Source: an uncultured delta proteobacterium (GTDB lineage Bacteria; Desulfobacterota; Desulfobacteria; Desulfobacterales; JAHEIW01). From it: a stretch of DNA of 64,000 nt. Where the stretch lies: contig CAVPNL010000006.1 of the NCBI GenBank assembly GCA_963706575.1, positions 864,001 to 928,000 of the forward strand, read 5' to 3'. Position numbers and translations under genes: made by a program. Below are positions 49,301 through 57,908 of the stretch, piece after piece (positions within the stretch are counted from its first letter, which is position 1; each line of letters opens with the position of its first letter). The notes below the pieces were generated by a model. That model ran no database searches, was not told the origin of the DNA, and saw only the letters and a list, made by a program, of their open reading frames with translations.

Positions 49301-50352
49301 CGATTGAAACACTGCCGGATCATCTTAAGATGCGTATATCCGTGATCGCACCGGATGGGAAAGAACTCTGTTCTTCAAGGGAAACGGCGGTGCTCTCACA
49401 ACAAAAAATTAAAGCGACCCATACCGACGAATTCGAATCCTTTCGTCTAAAATGGGAAAAAAGCGGCATCACCCGTTGGGACTTCGGTGATCTGCCCGAG
49501 TTTATCAGCAGCCCTGAAACGGCTAAGAATAAATGGGTCGCTTATCCGGCTCTGGTAGCGGCTGACGATGACATAAAATCGGTGAGTTTGAAATTATACC
49601 GTCATCAGGACAAGGCGCTTGCAGTGCATCAGCAGGGTGTTGCCGGCCTTTATAAAATTCATTTCGCAAAAGATCTGAAAATTTTAAAAAAAGGATTGAA
49701 ATTGCCCAAAGCGCTGAGGGCAGCAGCGGTTTTTTTTAAGGGCCCGGCAAACATGGAGCAGCGGCTGCTGGACCGGATCATATCCGACCTGTTTTGCAAG
49801 AATATCCGGTCTGCGGATTCGTTTTACAGCCACGCCGAAGACGTATCTCCGATCCTTATTTCCCGTGGTCAGAATCTTTTGGATCGTTGTCTGCCTGTTT
49901 TAAAAGCCTATCACAACGTTCGCAAAGAATTCGATAAGCTTAAACGGGCAAACCTGAATAATCATGCCGTGCAAAATTTTTGCAAAGATTTAATCGCAGA
50001 TCTTGGGCGCCTGGTCCCGGAATCGTTCGTCAATCTTTACGAAATGGATCGGCTGACCCACCTGATTCGCTATATCAAATGTATGGAAATCAGGGCCCGG
50101 CGAGCCCTGTTGGATTTCGAAAAAGATCAGGCCAAGGCCAAGGATGTTAAAACCTTTAGCGATCGACTGGATAAAATGATAAAGACCCTTTCACCCAATG
50201 CGTCCAATGACAAGCGAGAGGCGCTTGAGGAATTTTTCTGGATGATCGAGGAATATAAAGTTTCCATTTTTGCCCAGGAGCTTAAAACCGCATTTCCGGT
50301 CTCTGAAAAGCGGCTGGAGAAGAAACTCGCTGAAATTAAGCGGATGATCTAA
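46321..50352 (+). CDS. hrpA: ATP-dependent RNA helicase HrpA
   Basis: GETGSGKTTQLPK, DEAH, SAT, QRKGRCGR, C-terminal WMIEEYKVSIFAQEL. Confidence 0.95.
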   Translation: MKQFDKKIKQIRSLLPDVMIADRMAAVREIELLTRKMAKPLPADKLRLRLERLEKRLKASERKRVGRQKNMPKFSYNDDLPITARKKDIIRAIERHPVVIVSGETGSGKTTQLPKFCLAAGRGIDGIIGHTQPRRIAAMTVARRIAEEFGQEIGRAVGYKIRFKDRTAKNAYLKIMTDGILLAETQTDRYLKAYDTIIVDEAHERNLNIDFILGILQTLLDRRDDLKLVITSATIDTEKFSKAFGDAPVIEVSGRMYPVDVRYQPPEPSKEENNDLTHVELAAQAVSRLLKESARGDILVFMPTEQDIRDTCELIEDSRPKKSRILPLYARLTAAEQARVFAGSSERKIIVATNVAETSLTIPGIKYVVDSGLARILRYSPRSRTTSLPVMPVSRSSADQRKGRCGRVQNGICVRLFTEDDYLSRPLYTRPEILRANLAEVILRMIALGLGDIVDFPFIDRPDSKSIKDGFDLLFELGAIKTRRKAQGARRKARKDPAEIKSNKTVELTQRGRLMAKIPLDPRLSRMLLEARDRRCIDQIAVIAAALSIRDPRERPLEKTAEADRMHAQFNDPSSDFTTLLNIWNRYTHVWQTHKRANQLKRFCRQHFLSFNRMREWRDIYHQIRAILEEFGLSDRRRAVKVQPQNLNLDSEDPLYQSIHKSILSGFLSNIAEKKEKNFFRATQNREVMVFPGSGLFDRAGQWMVAAEMVETSRLFARTVANIESEWLEELAGDLCKRIYLNPRWKRNRGKVMADEQVSLFGLIIISQRSVPYGPVNPDEASDIFIRAAIIKGDLKKPLAFMAHNQRLIAAIEGIENRLRRRDVLISEEDLFAFYREKLPGIHSVQMLSNKIKKRGGDRFLRLKKPDLMNYDPDAGELARYPLSTKIDGHMFEYRYHFGPGQEDDGVTIQVPVSMAPAVSREAFDWLVPGMFKEKIETLIKGLPKVYRKKLVPVNETVEIISREIPRQKNAMFSALGEFILQRFGVDIPASAWPIETLPDHLKMRISVIAPDGKELCSSRETAVLSQQKIKATHTDEFESFRLKWEKSGITRWDFGDLPEFISSPETAKNKWVAYPALVAADDDIKSVSLKLYRHQDKALAVHQQGVAGLYKIHFAKDLKILKKGLKLPKALRAAAVFFKGPANMEQRLLDRIISDLFCKNIRSADSFYSHAEDVSPILISRGQNLLDRCLPVLKAYHNVRKEFDKLKRANLNNHAVQNFCKDLIADLGRLVPESFVNLYEMDRLTHLIRYIKCMEIRARRALLDFEKDQAKAKDVKTFSDRLDKMIKTLSPNASNDKREALEEFFWMIEEYKVSIFAQELKTAFPVSEKRLEKKLAEIKRMI

Positions 50353-50356
50353 ACTG

Positions 50357-50446
50357 ATTGCGGATTGTAGATTTCGGATTTCGGATTTTAAAATGAGGTC
50401 GCTTCTTTTTTGGATAATCCGCAATCTGCATTCCGCAATCCGCAAT
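50357..50446. repeat. Intergenic inverted repeat made of 7-bp ATT(G/T)CGG units
   Basis: ATTGCGGATTGTAGATTTCGGATTTCGGATTT versus AATCCGCAATCTGCATTCCGCAATCCGCAAT. Confidence 0.75.
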
Positions 50447-50495
50447 AACGAAATTTAAAATTTTGGTTCCCAATTTTTAAAGTAGATAATTTTAT

Positions 50496-51332
50496 ATGGC
50501 TAAAAACCCAAAACACCCCCTAGTGAGCGTCATCATCCCAACCTACAATCGGGGCTGGGTCGTTCAGGAAGCCATTGATTCGGTTTTGGATCAGGACTTC
50601 AGTGATTATGAACTGATTGTGGTTGATGACGGATCGAACGATAACACCCGGGAAATTCTGGGAGCATACGGAAAGGCGATTACGGTTTTGCAACAGTCCA
50701 ACAGGGGCGTCAGTGCTGCAAGAAACAGGGGCATTGCTGAGGCGGCTGGACGATTGATTGCGTTTCTGGACTCAGATGATTTATGGCTGCCGCGCAAGCT
50801 TACAACCCAGGTGAAATTCTTTGAGGAAAATGCCGATGCGGTGATCAACCAGACCGAGGAAATCTGGATTCGAAGCGGCGTACGGGTAAACCCCAAAAAG
50901 AGACACCATAAGTTTTCAGGAATGATTTTTGAACGGTCCCTTGCGCTTTGCCTGGTGAGCCCCTCGGCCGTCATGATAAAAAAAAGCCTTTTTGACGCCG
51001 TAGGCGTCTTTGATGAACAGCTGCCGGCCTGTGAAGATTACGATCTGTGGCTGCGGGTCAGCTGCCGGTATCCGGTTCACCTTATGGATTCTCCTTTGAT
51101 CATCAAGCGCGGCGGTCATGATGATCAGCTTTCAAAAGCTGCCGGACTGGATAAATACCGAATTCAGTCTCTGATGAAAATAATCGATAGCGACCTGCTG
51201 ACACCGCAGCAATATGAGGCGGCAGTTATCACTTTAAAGGAAAAAAGTGAGGTTTATGCCGGCGGTTGCCGGAAGCGGGGCCGGGAAGAAGAGGCCGAAT
51301 ACTTTTCTGCACTGGCTGAAAAATACTCATGA
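50496..51332 (+). CDS. Glycosyltransferase family 2
   Basis: VSVIIPTYNR, VVDDGSND, AFLDSDD, EDYDLWLR. Confidence 0.92.
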   Translation: MAKNPKHPLVSVIIPTYNRGWVVQEAIDSVLDQDFSDYELIVVDDGSNDNTREILGAYGKAITVLQQSNRGVSAARNRGIAEAAGRLIAFLDSDDLWLPRKLTTQVKFFEENADAVINQTEEIWIRSGVRVNPKKRHHKFSGMIFERSLALCLVSPSAVMIKKSLFDAVGVFDEQLPACEDYDLWLRVSCRYPVHLMDSPLIIKRGGHDDQLSKAAGLDKYRIQSLMKIIDSDLLTPQQYEAAVITLKEKSEVYAGGCRKRGREEEAEYFSALAEKYS

Positions 51333-51589
51333 AAGAAGATAAAATACAGAACACAGCCTGCAGCGGACAGAAAATAGGAAGTAGTTGAAACAGATATCGA
51401 TTATCAATTTCTGACAAAATTCTTGCATTCCCACCATCGATTTGATAGGGCTTGAGCACTTAACTTCTACGTGATTTATGGTAAATGCCTAATAATATTA
51501 TGAGATGGCAAAATTGAAAGAGGTTAAGAGAAAGCAGTCGGAAAAGGGTCAAACATAATCATAACTGGTTAACCAGCAAGGAGGTTAAG

Positions 51590-52609
51590 ATGAAAAAAGT
51601 ATTTATTTTTAGTTTAGCCGTAATCTTTGGTTTTGCCCTTGTTATGGGTTGTGCACCCGAAGAAAAGGCCAAAACTGAGGAAAAGGCCGCCGCCGAAGCG
51701 CCGGCGAAGACGACCTTTGTTACCATCGGCACCGGCGGGATTACCGGTGTTTATTATCCGACCGGTGGGGCTATTGCCAGAATCATGAACAAGAAAAAAG
51801 ACCAATACGGCATCCGCGCAACGGTTGAATCCACCGGTGGTTCGGTGTTTAACGTCAATGCCGTCATGGCCGGAGACCTGGAGTTTGGCGTCGTTCAATC
51901 CGACCGGCAGTTTCAGGCCATCAATGGCCTGGCTGAATGGGCGGATAAAGGCAAACAGGAAGATCTGCGCGCCGTTTTTACGATTCACCCTGAATCCATT
52001 ACCCTGGTAGCGGCGGTTGATGCCGGGATCGAAAGTATTCAGGATCTGAAAGGCAAACGGGTGAATATCGGCAACCCCGGCTCGGGTCAGCGTCAGAATT
52101 CGATTGACGCCCTTACGGCGGTGGGTATTGATTATACAACGGATATAACCGCAGAAAGTGTCAAGGCCGCCGAAGCACCCGGCCTGTTGCAGGACGGTAG
52201 AATCGATGCCTTTTTCTATACGGTCGGACATCCCGCCGGCAACATCAAGGAAGCGACCGCCGGTGCCAGAAAAGTGCGCATTGTCCCGATTACCGGCCCG
52301 GGGATCGATAAGCTCGTTGCCGATAATCCCTATTATGCCAAGGCGACGGTTCCCATTTCGTTTTATCCGGGTGCCGAGAATGATGCCGATGTCGAAACCT
52401 TTGGCGTCAAGGCGACCTTTGTCACCTCTGCCAAGGTACCGGAAAACGTCGTGTATGCCATTACCAAGGAAGTTTTTGATAATTTTGAAGATTTCAAAAA
52501 GCTTCATCCGGCCTATGTCGTTTTGACCAAAGCGAACATGCTCGAAGGTCAGTCCGCTCCGATTCATGCGGGTGCCGAAAAATATTATAAAGAAGCCGGA
52601 CTAAAGTAA
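51590..52609 (+). CDS. TAXI-family TRAP transporter solute-binding lipoprotein
   Basis: LVMGC lipobox, IGTGGITGVYYPTGG, STGGSVFN, PIHAGAEKYYKE. Confidence 0.92.
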   Translation: MKKVFIFSLAVIFGFALVMGCAPEEKAKTEEKAAAEAPAKTTFVTIGTGGITGVYYPTGGAIARIMNKKKDQYGIRATVESTGGSVFNVNAVMAGDLEFGVVQSDRQFQAINGLAEWADKGKQEDLRAVFTIHPESITLVAAVDAGIESIQDLKGKRVNIGNPGSGQRQNSIDALTAVGIDYTTDITAESVKAAEAPGLLQDGRIDAFFYTVGHPAGNIKEATAGARKVRIVPITGPGIDKLVADNPYYAKATVPISFYPGAENDADVETFGVKATFVTSAKVPENVVYAITKEVFDNFEDFKKLHPAYVVLTKANMLEGQSAPIHAGAEKYYKEAGLK

Positions 52610-52640
52610 GCGATACCGATATATTGTATAACCTGCCTGC

Positions 52641-52667
52641 GAGGCGGCGGCAGCCAGCCGCCGCCTC
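52641..52667. other. GC-rich hairpin between the TAXI binding protein and permease genes (possible mRNA stabiliser or weak terminator)
   Basis: GAGGCGGCGGC-AGCCA-GCCGCCGCCTC, with no T-tract. Confidence 0.5.
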
Positions 52668-52867
52668 CAAATGTTCTCTAAGAATCTTTATCAGCAAAAT
52701 GGTTTTATCACGCTGTTTGCACACATTTTGTCTATACTAGCGCTGTGCTGAGCTGTATCCGATTTATGCTGCCGCCTCAACCTGCTGCCGTTTGTTATAT
52801 TGGGGTACCGGTCTGAAATACCGGGCGTTTTTGCCGTCAAACTCTCTTGACTGATTAGGTGATCATT

Positions 52868-54943
52868 ATGAGTAACCATGAAATCCAGGAAAAGGATGAG
52901 GGCATTGAAATCGCAAGACGGATGGCCGAAGAAGAAGAGGGCGTTGGGCGAAGACCCCATGGCCTTGCAAAATATGTGGTTCCCACCATCGCCGTTGTCT
53001 GGTGTTTTTTTCAGTTGTCGATTGCCAGCTGGCTGATCCTCGATTCAACCTTCATCCGTGCCATCCATCTCGGTTTTGCCCTGTTAATTGTCTTTTTAAA
53101 TTATCCCCTTTTCAAGAAAACGCGCTTCGGCCTGAAGTATTTTTCTGCTAAAGGCAGAATTCCCATCCTTGATTATCTTATTGGAATCATTGCCGCTTTA
53201 GCGGCGATTTATATTGTCATCGACTATGCCGGGCTGACCACTCGCTACGGAGCCCCGATTACCCGGGACATCGTCATCGGGTTTATCCTGATTGTCTTGC
53301 TGCTAGAAGCCACACGCCGCGTTATCGGGCCGGCCCTTCCGGCCATTGCAACGCTGTTTCTGGTCTATTCGTTTTTAGGCCCCTACATGCCCGATTTAAT
53401 TGCCTTTAAAGGGACTTCGCTCAACCGGTTGATGGGACAGATGACCATGTCGACCGAAGGGATTTACGGCATTCCGCTGGATGTTTCGGCAACCATTGTG
53501 TTTCTTTTCGTCCTGTTCGGCTCCATGCTGGATAAGGCCGGTGCCGGCCAATATTTCATCAAACTGGCGCTGGCCCTGCTGGGGGGATTTAAAGGCGGTC
53601 CGGCCAAGGCCGCGGTCATGGGCAGCGGTCTGACCGGTCTGGTGTCCGGCTCCAGCATTGCCAATATCGTCACCACCGGCACCTTCACCATACCGCTGAT
53701 GAAAAAAGTCGGCTATCCGGCCACCAAAGCAGCCGCCGTGGAGGTGGCCGCCAGCACCGACGGCCAGTTGGCCCCGCCGATTATGGGGGCGGCGGCCTTT
53801 ATTATCGCCGAATACGTTAACGTACCTTACATCGATGTGATCAAAGCCGCAGCCATCCCGGCTTTTGCTTCCTACGCCGCGCTGTTTTTTATTACCCATA
53901 TTGAAGCATCCAAACTGGGACTCAGGGGCATGGCGCGGGCCGAGCTGCCGCCTTTTTTTAAAACGTTATTGAGTGGCGCCCATTTTCTCATACCGCTTCT
54001 GCTGCTTATGTATGAGCTGATTGTCGTGCGGCACTCCCCGGAGCTGGCTGCCTTTCATGCCATCTGGGCCATGGCGGCTGTAATGTTCTTGCAGAATCCG
54101 GTTAAGGCATACCTGAACAAGGAACCGCTGGGGCCGGCATTTAAAAAGAGTGTTATCGACATCTTTTCGGCTCTGGCGGCCGGCGGGCGCAACATGGTCT
54201 CGGTGGCCCTGGCCACGGCCGCCGCCGGGATTATTGTCGGAGTGGTGGCCCTGGGGCTGGGTCAGCTGATCACCCAGATTATCGATACGCTTTCAGGCGG
54301 CAACATTTTTCTGATGCTGGTCATTACGGCTGTGGCCAGTTTGGTTATCGGGATGGGGCTGCCCACCACGGCCACTTATATTGTGATGGCATCCCTGACA
54401 GCCCCGGCGATTGTCACCATCGGCGGGCTGCAGGGTTTTATCGTGCCGTTGATGGCCGCGCATCTTTTCTGCTTTTATTTCGGTATTCTGGCAGATGATA
54501 CGCCGCCGGTGGGGCTGGCGGCCTATGCGGCCGCGGCAATTGCCAAGTCACCGCCGATTCCGACCGGGCTGCAGGGATTTATGTATGACATTCGGACGGC
54601 CATCCTGCCGTTCATGTTCATTTTCAATTCCGACCTGATCCTGCACAACATCAGCAGCTGGCCCCAGGCGTTGCTAATTTTTGCAATGGCCTGTGTCGGA
54701 AACTTCGCTTTTGCTTCGGCAACCCAGGGATGGTTCGTGGCCAAAAACAGATTTTATGAAATTCCACTGTTTTTATGCGTCACGTTATCATTGATGCGCC
54801 CGGATTTAATTGCCCGCTGGATTGGGATTCCGCATGGCCAGCGGTATTGGACCTATTTGATCGGTTTGGGTATTTACGGCCTGCTTTACCTGATGCAGCG
54901 ACCGCGAACGCCTAAACCCGTTGCCGAACCGGTTACTACATAA
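52868..54943 (+). CDS. TRAP transporter fused permease (4TM/12TM)
   Basis: GGPAKAAV, SGSSIAN, GMGLPTTATY, DDTPPVGLAAY. Confidence 0.92.
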   Translation: MSNHEIQEKDEGIEIARRMAEEEEGVGRRPHGLAKYVVPTIAVVWCFFQLSIASWLILDSTFIRAIHLGFALLIVFLNYPLFKKTRFGLKYFSAKGRIPILDYLIGIIAALAAIYIVIDYAGLTTRYGAPITRDIVIGFILIVLLLEATRRVIGPALPAIATLFLVYSFLGPYMPDLIAFKGTSLNRLMGQMTMSTEGIYGIPLDVSATIVFLFVLFGSMLDKAGAGQYFIKLALALLGGFKGGPAKAAVMGSGLTGLVSGSSIANIVTTGTFTIPLMKKVGYPATKAAAVEVAASTDGQLAPPIMGAAAFIIAEYVNVPYIDVIKAAAIPAFASYAALFFITHIEASKLGLRGMARAELPPFFKTLLSGAHFLIPLLLLMYELIVVRHSPELAAFHAIWAMAAVMFLQNPVKAYLNKEPLGPAFKKSVIDIFSALAAGGRNMVSVALATAAAGIIVGVVALGLGQLITQIIDTLSGGNIFLMLVITAVASLVIGMGLPTTATYIVMASLTAPAIVTIGGLQGFIVPLMAAHLFCFYFGILADDTPPVGLAAYAAAAIAKSPPIPTGLQGFMYDIRTAILPFMFIFNSDLILHNISSWPQALLIFAMACVGNFAFASATQGWFVAKNRFYEIPLFLCVTLSLMRPDLIARWIGIPHGQRYWTYLIGLGIYGLLYLMQRPRTPKPVAEPVTT

Positions 54944-54999
54944 AACAGAGCTTTTTATATGAATAAGTCAAACCACTCGATCGGCAAAGCACAAAGGAA

Positions 55000-55500
55000 A
55001 TGATTATGGGTGCTGCAAAAAAAATTCTGGTGGCGGTTGGATCTAGCCAGTACAATGAAGACCTGCTAAAATATGCGGCAGGTATAGCTAAATCCATGAA
55101 CGCTGAATTAATCATTGCCAGCATTATCAATAAGCGAGATATTGATGCCGTGGCAACCATTGCGGCCATGGGTTATGAGGTCGACGGCGAAAATTATGTG
55201 GCGGGCTTAAAAGAAGAGCGGCAACAGGAACTCGATCTTATTCTAAAAAAAGTCGGGCAGTCGCCTGAAAAGATCAGGACGGTCTTTAAAACCGGCAACC
55301 CCAGCGATGAATTGCTGAAAATTGCCGTCAAAGAAAATGTCGATTTAATTATTATGGGCATAAAGGGCCGTACGGACCTGGAATATTTTTTTGTCGGATC
55401 TGTTGCGGAAAAAGTTTTCCGCCGCTCCCCGATTCCGATATTGTCTTACCGGGATGAAGCGACTGCTGAACGTCTGAAAAAACATATCGATTTGTCATAA
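55000..55500 (+). CDS. Universal stress protein
   Basis: KILVAV, DLIIMG, GSVAEKVFRRSPIPIL. Confidence 0.9.
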   Translation: MIMGAAKKILVAVGSSQYNEDLLKYAAGIAKSMNAELIIASIINKRDIDAVATIAAMGYEVDGENYVAGLKEERQQELDLILKKVGQSPEKIRTVFKTGNPSDELLKIAVKENVDLIIMGIKGRTDLEYFFVGSVAEKVFRRSPIPILSYRDEATAERLKKHIDLS

Positions 55501-55532
55501 TTTCGGGCCGCCACCCTGGAAGGAAGGAGGGC

Positions 55533-56027
55533 ATGATGTTCAGGTACCTTTCTGCAACACTCATTATCCTGGTCGCCGGGATCTTGATTGGTTTGGCCCC
55601 GGTAATGGCCGCTGATCGTTTTACGGATAATGGCGACGGAACCGTTACGGACCAAAAACTGGGTCTGATGTGGTCGCAAACGGACAATCAGGGCGATATC
55701 AACTGGATACAGGCCGAGAAGTGGGTGCTGTTTACGTTTCCCGACACGCTTACAAAGCGATATGAAGACTGGCGACTGCCCACCCTGGCGGAGCTTCAAA
55801 GTATACTCGTGGAAAACAAAAATGCGAAAGGATACGAAACGGACTGCGGCCAGTGGGTAAAGACGGTACCGCAAATACAATTGAGCTGCGGCTGGGTTTG
55901 GACCTCGGAGACCGACCCGATCGCCCCAACCGCGCGGATTTTTAATTTTGACAACGTTTATCACTATACCGTGCGCAAAGCGCATAAACGCGGTTACCGC
56001 GCACTGCCGGTCAGGAATTTAAAGTAG
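55533..56027 (+). CDS. DUF1566 (Lcl C-terminal-like) exported protein
   Basis: RFTDNGDGTVTD..GLMW, DWRLPTLAEL. Confidence 0.88.
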   Translation: MMFRYLSATLIILVAGILIGLAPVMAADRFTDNGDGTVTDQKLGLMWSQTDNQGDINWIQAEKWVLFTFPDTLTKRYEDWRLPTLAELQSILVENKNAKGYETDCGQWVKTVPQIQLSCGWVWTSETDPIAPTARIFNFDNVYHYTVRKAHKRGYRALPVRNLK

Positions 56028-56123
56028 CATGGGGCAAGGGGCATGGCGCATAGGGTAGATCCTCAATCAATTATGGAATTTCCTGATCGTTTAGCGCTAT
56101 GCCCCATGCCCCATGCGCTATGC
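56027..56123. repeat. Intergenic inverted repeat made of 7-bp GCATGGG-like units, between convergent genes
   Basis: GCATGGGGCAAGGGGCATGGCGCATAGGGTA versus TAGCGCTATGCCCCATGCCCCATGCGCTATGC. Confidence 0.75.
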
Positions 56124-56126
56124 CAT

Positions 56127-57887
56127 CTACTTTTGCGTGACGCGCAGTACCTCTTCAATCGTGGTCAGGCCGTTTAATACCTTCTGCATGCCGTCCTGCC
56201 GTAGCGTTCTCATTTTTTGCTGCACGGCTTCATTTTTTATGCGGTTTGAGTCAAACGTTTTGAGAATGAGGCTTTTTAAGTGCTCGGTCAGCACCATGAT
56301 TTCGAATATGCCTAACCGCCCTCTATATCCGGTGTTGAAACAATTTTCACATCCCACCGCTTTGTAGACCGTATGCTCCTTAAAACGATTCGGCGAAAAC
56401 CCGATGCTTTTGAGATAGATCGGGTTTGGGATATAGGCTTTTCTGCAAGCTTCACAAAGCACGCGCACCAGTCGCTGGGCCACCACCGCCAAAATAGATG
56501 ATGAAATTAAAAACGGCTCTACCCCCATATCCACCAGACGCGTAATTGCGCTGGCAGAATCGTTGGTATGAAGGGTGGAGAACACCAGATGACCGGTCAG
56601 GGCGGATTGAACGGCAATTTCGGCGGTTTCCTTGTCGCGAATTTCGCCGACCAGGATGACGTCCGGATCCTGACGGACAATCGATCTGAGGCCGCGGGCA
56701 AATGTCAGCTCGATTTTGGGATTCACCTGAATCTGACTGATGCCGTTGATTCGGTATTCGATGGGGTCTTCGATGGTAATAATGTTGATGTTGGGCTCGT
56801 TGATCGACGATAATATCGCATACAGTGTTGTAGTTTTGCCGCTGCCCGTAGGCCCGGTATTGAGGATAATCCCATTGGGGTTGGAAACCAGCCTTTTCAA
56901 CAATTTCAGTCTGGTGGGGGTCAGGCCCAGGTCCTGCAGCTCAAGCAGTGAGCCGGATTTATTGAGCAGCCGCAAAACCAGCCGTTCACCAAATGCCGTC
57001 GGGATGGTGGAAACTCTCACATCGATATCCTGATCGCCGATCTTAACCTCAAAGCGCCCGTCCTGGGGCAAACGTTTTTCAGCAATATTCATTTTTGCCA
57101 TGACTTTGACTCTGGAGATCAAAGCCGGTTGGATCCATTTCGGGGGTGTCAGCAGGTCATAGAGAATACCGTCCACCCGGTAACGGACCGTAAAGCTGTT
57201 CTGGTAGGGTTCAAAATGAATATCGCTGGCGCGCGCCTTGATGGACTGGGATATGATGTGATTGACCAATTTGATAATCGGGGCGTCGCTGGTGTCATCC
57301 AGCAAGTCGGCGGTTTCTTCTATTTCACTGATAATGTTGCTGCCGTTTTCTTCCATGTCCTGGACCAGCTGTTCGGCCGAATCCCGCCTTAAATCATATT
57401 GCAGGTTGATGGCTGAAACGATGGCTTCCCGGGTGGACAGTACCGTACGATAATTGTCGATGCCGATGGTCTTTACGAGATCATCCAGGGGCTGAAAGTT
57501 CAGCGGATCGTTTATGGCAATAATGCACCCCGGTGCAAATTGCGTTGTCTCAGTTTGAGGATCATTCTGGGGCGTCAGGCCGCAATCTTTGGCTGAGATC
57601 GGCTGGCTGTATTCCAGGGGGACGATATTATATTTTTTCAAAAACTGAATGGAGACTTTATCAGTGAAATCCGATTCGGTGTTGTCAAATGGCAGTTTTG
57701 GCCAGAAGGGCATTCCGTATTGGACGCTTAGCGCCTCCAACAATTGGTCTTCAGACAGGTTTTTTTGATCAATTAGAATTTGACCGATAGGGTTCCCGGT
57801 CTCGCTGCGCACGCGTTGGGCTTCGGCCAGATGGTCTTCGTTGAGACCGAATTTGTCTTTCAATATGTCTGTCAAACGATGAATCAT
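56127..57887 (-). CDS. gspE: Type II secretion system ATPase GspE
   Basis: RASDIHFEP, GPTGSGKTTT, RQDPDVILVGEIRD, STLHTND, CxxC pairs. Confidence 0.95.
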   Translation of the reverse strand: MIHRLTDILKDKFGLNEDHLAEAQRVRSETGNPIGQILIDQKNLSEDQLLEALSVQYGMPFWPKLPFDNTESDFTDKVSIQFLKKYNIVPLEYSQPISAKDCGLTPQNDPQTETTQFAPGCIIAINDPLNFQPLDDLVKTIGIDNYRTVLSTREAIVSAINLQYDLRRDSAEQLVQDMEENGSNIISEIEETADLLDDTSDAPIIKLVNHIISQSIKARASDIHFEPYQNSFTVRYRVDGILYDLLTPPKWIQPALISRVKVMAKMNIAEKRLPQDGRFEVKIGDQDIDVRVSTIPTAFGERLVLRLLNKSGSLLELQDLGLTPTRLKLLKRLVSNPNGIILNTGPTGSGKTTTLYAILSSINEPNINIITIEDPIEYRINGISQIQVNPKIELTFARGLRSIVRQDPDVILVGEIRDKETAEIAVQSALTGHLVFSTLHTNDSASAITRLVDMGVEPFLISSSILAVVAQRLVRVLCEACRKAYIPNPIYLKSIGFSPNRFKEHTVYKAVGCENCFNTGYRGRLGIFEIMVLTEHLKSLILKTFDSNRIKNEAVQQKMRTLRQDGMQKVLNGLTTIEEVLRVTQK

Positions 57888-57908
57888 AATGGGTAATTGA
57901 TAATGGAT

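Noticed and set aside
51614..52567. 317-aa antisense ORF (also 31528..32400, 48061..48732, 39645..40262 and similar)
   Set aside because: Shadow ORFs opposite well-supported genes, with no recognisable motifs
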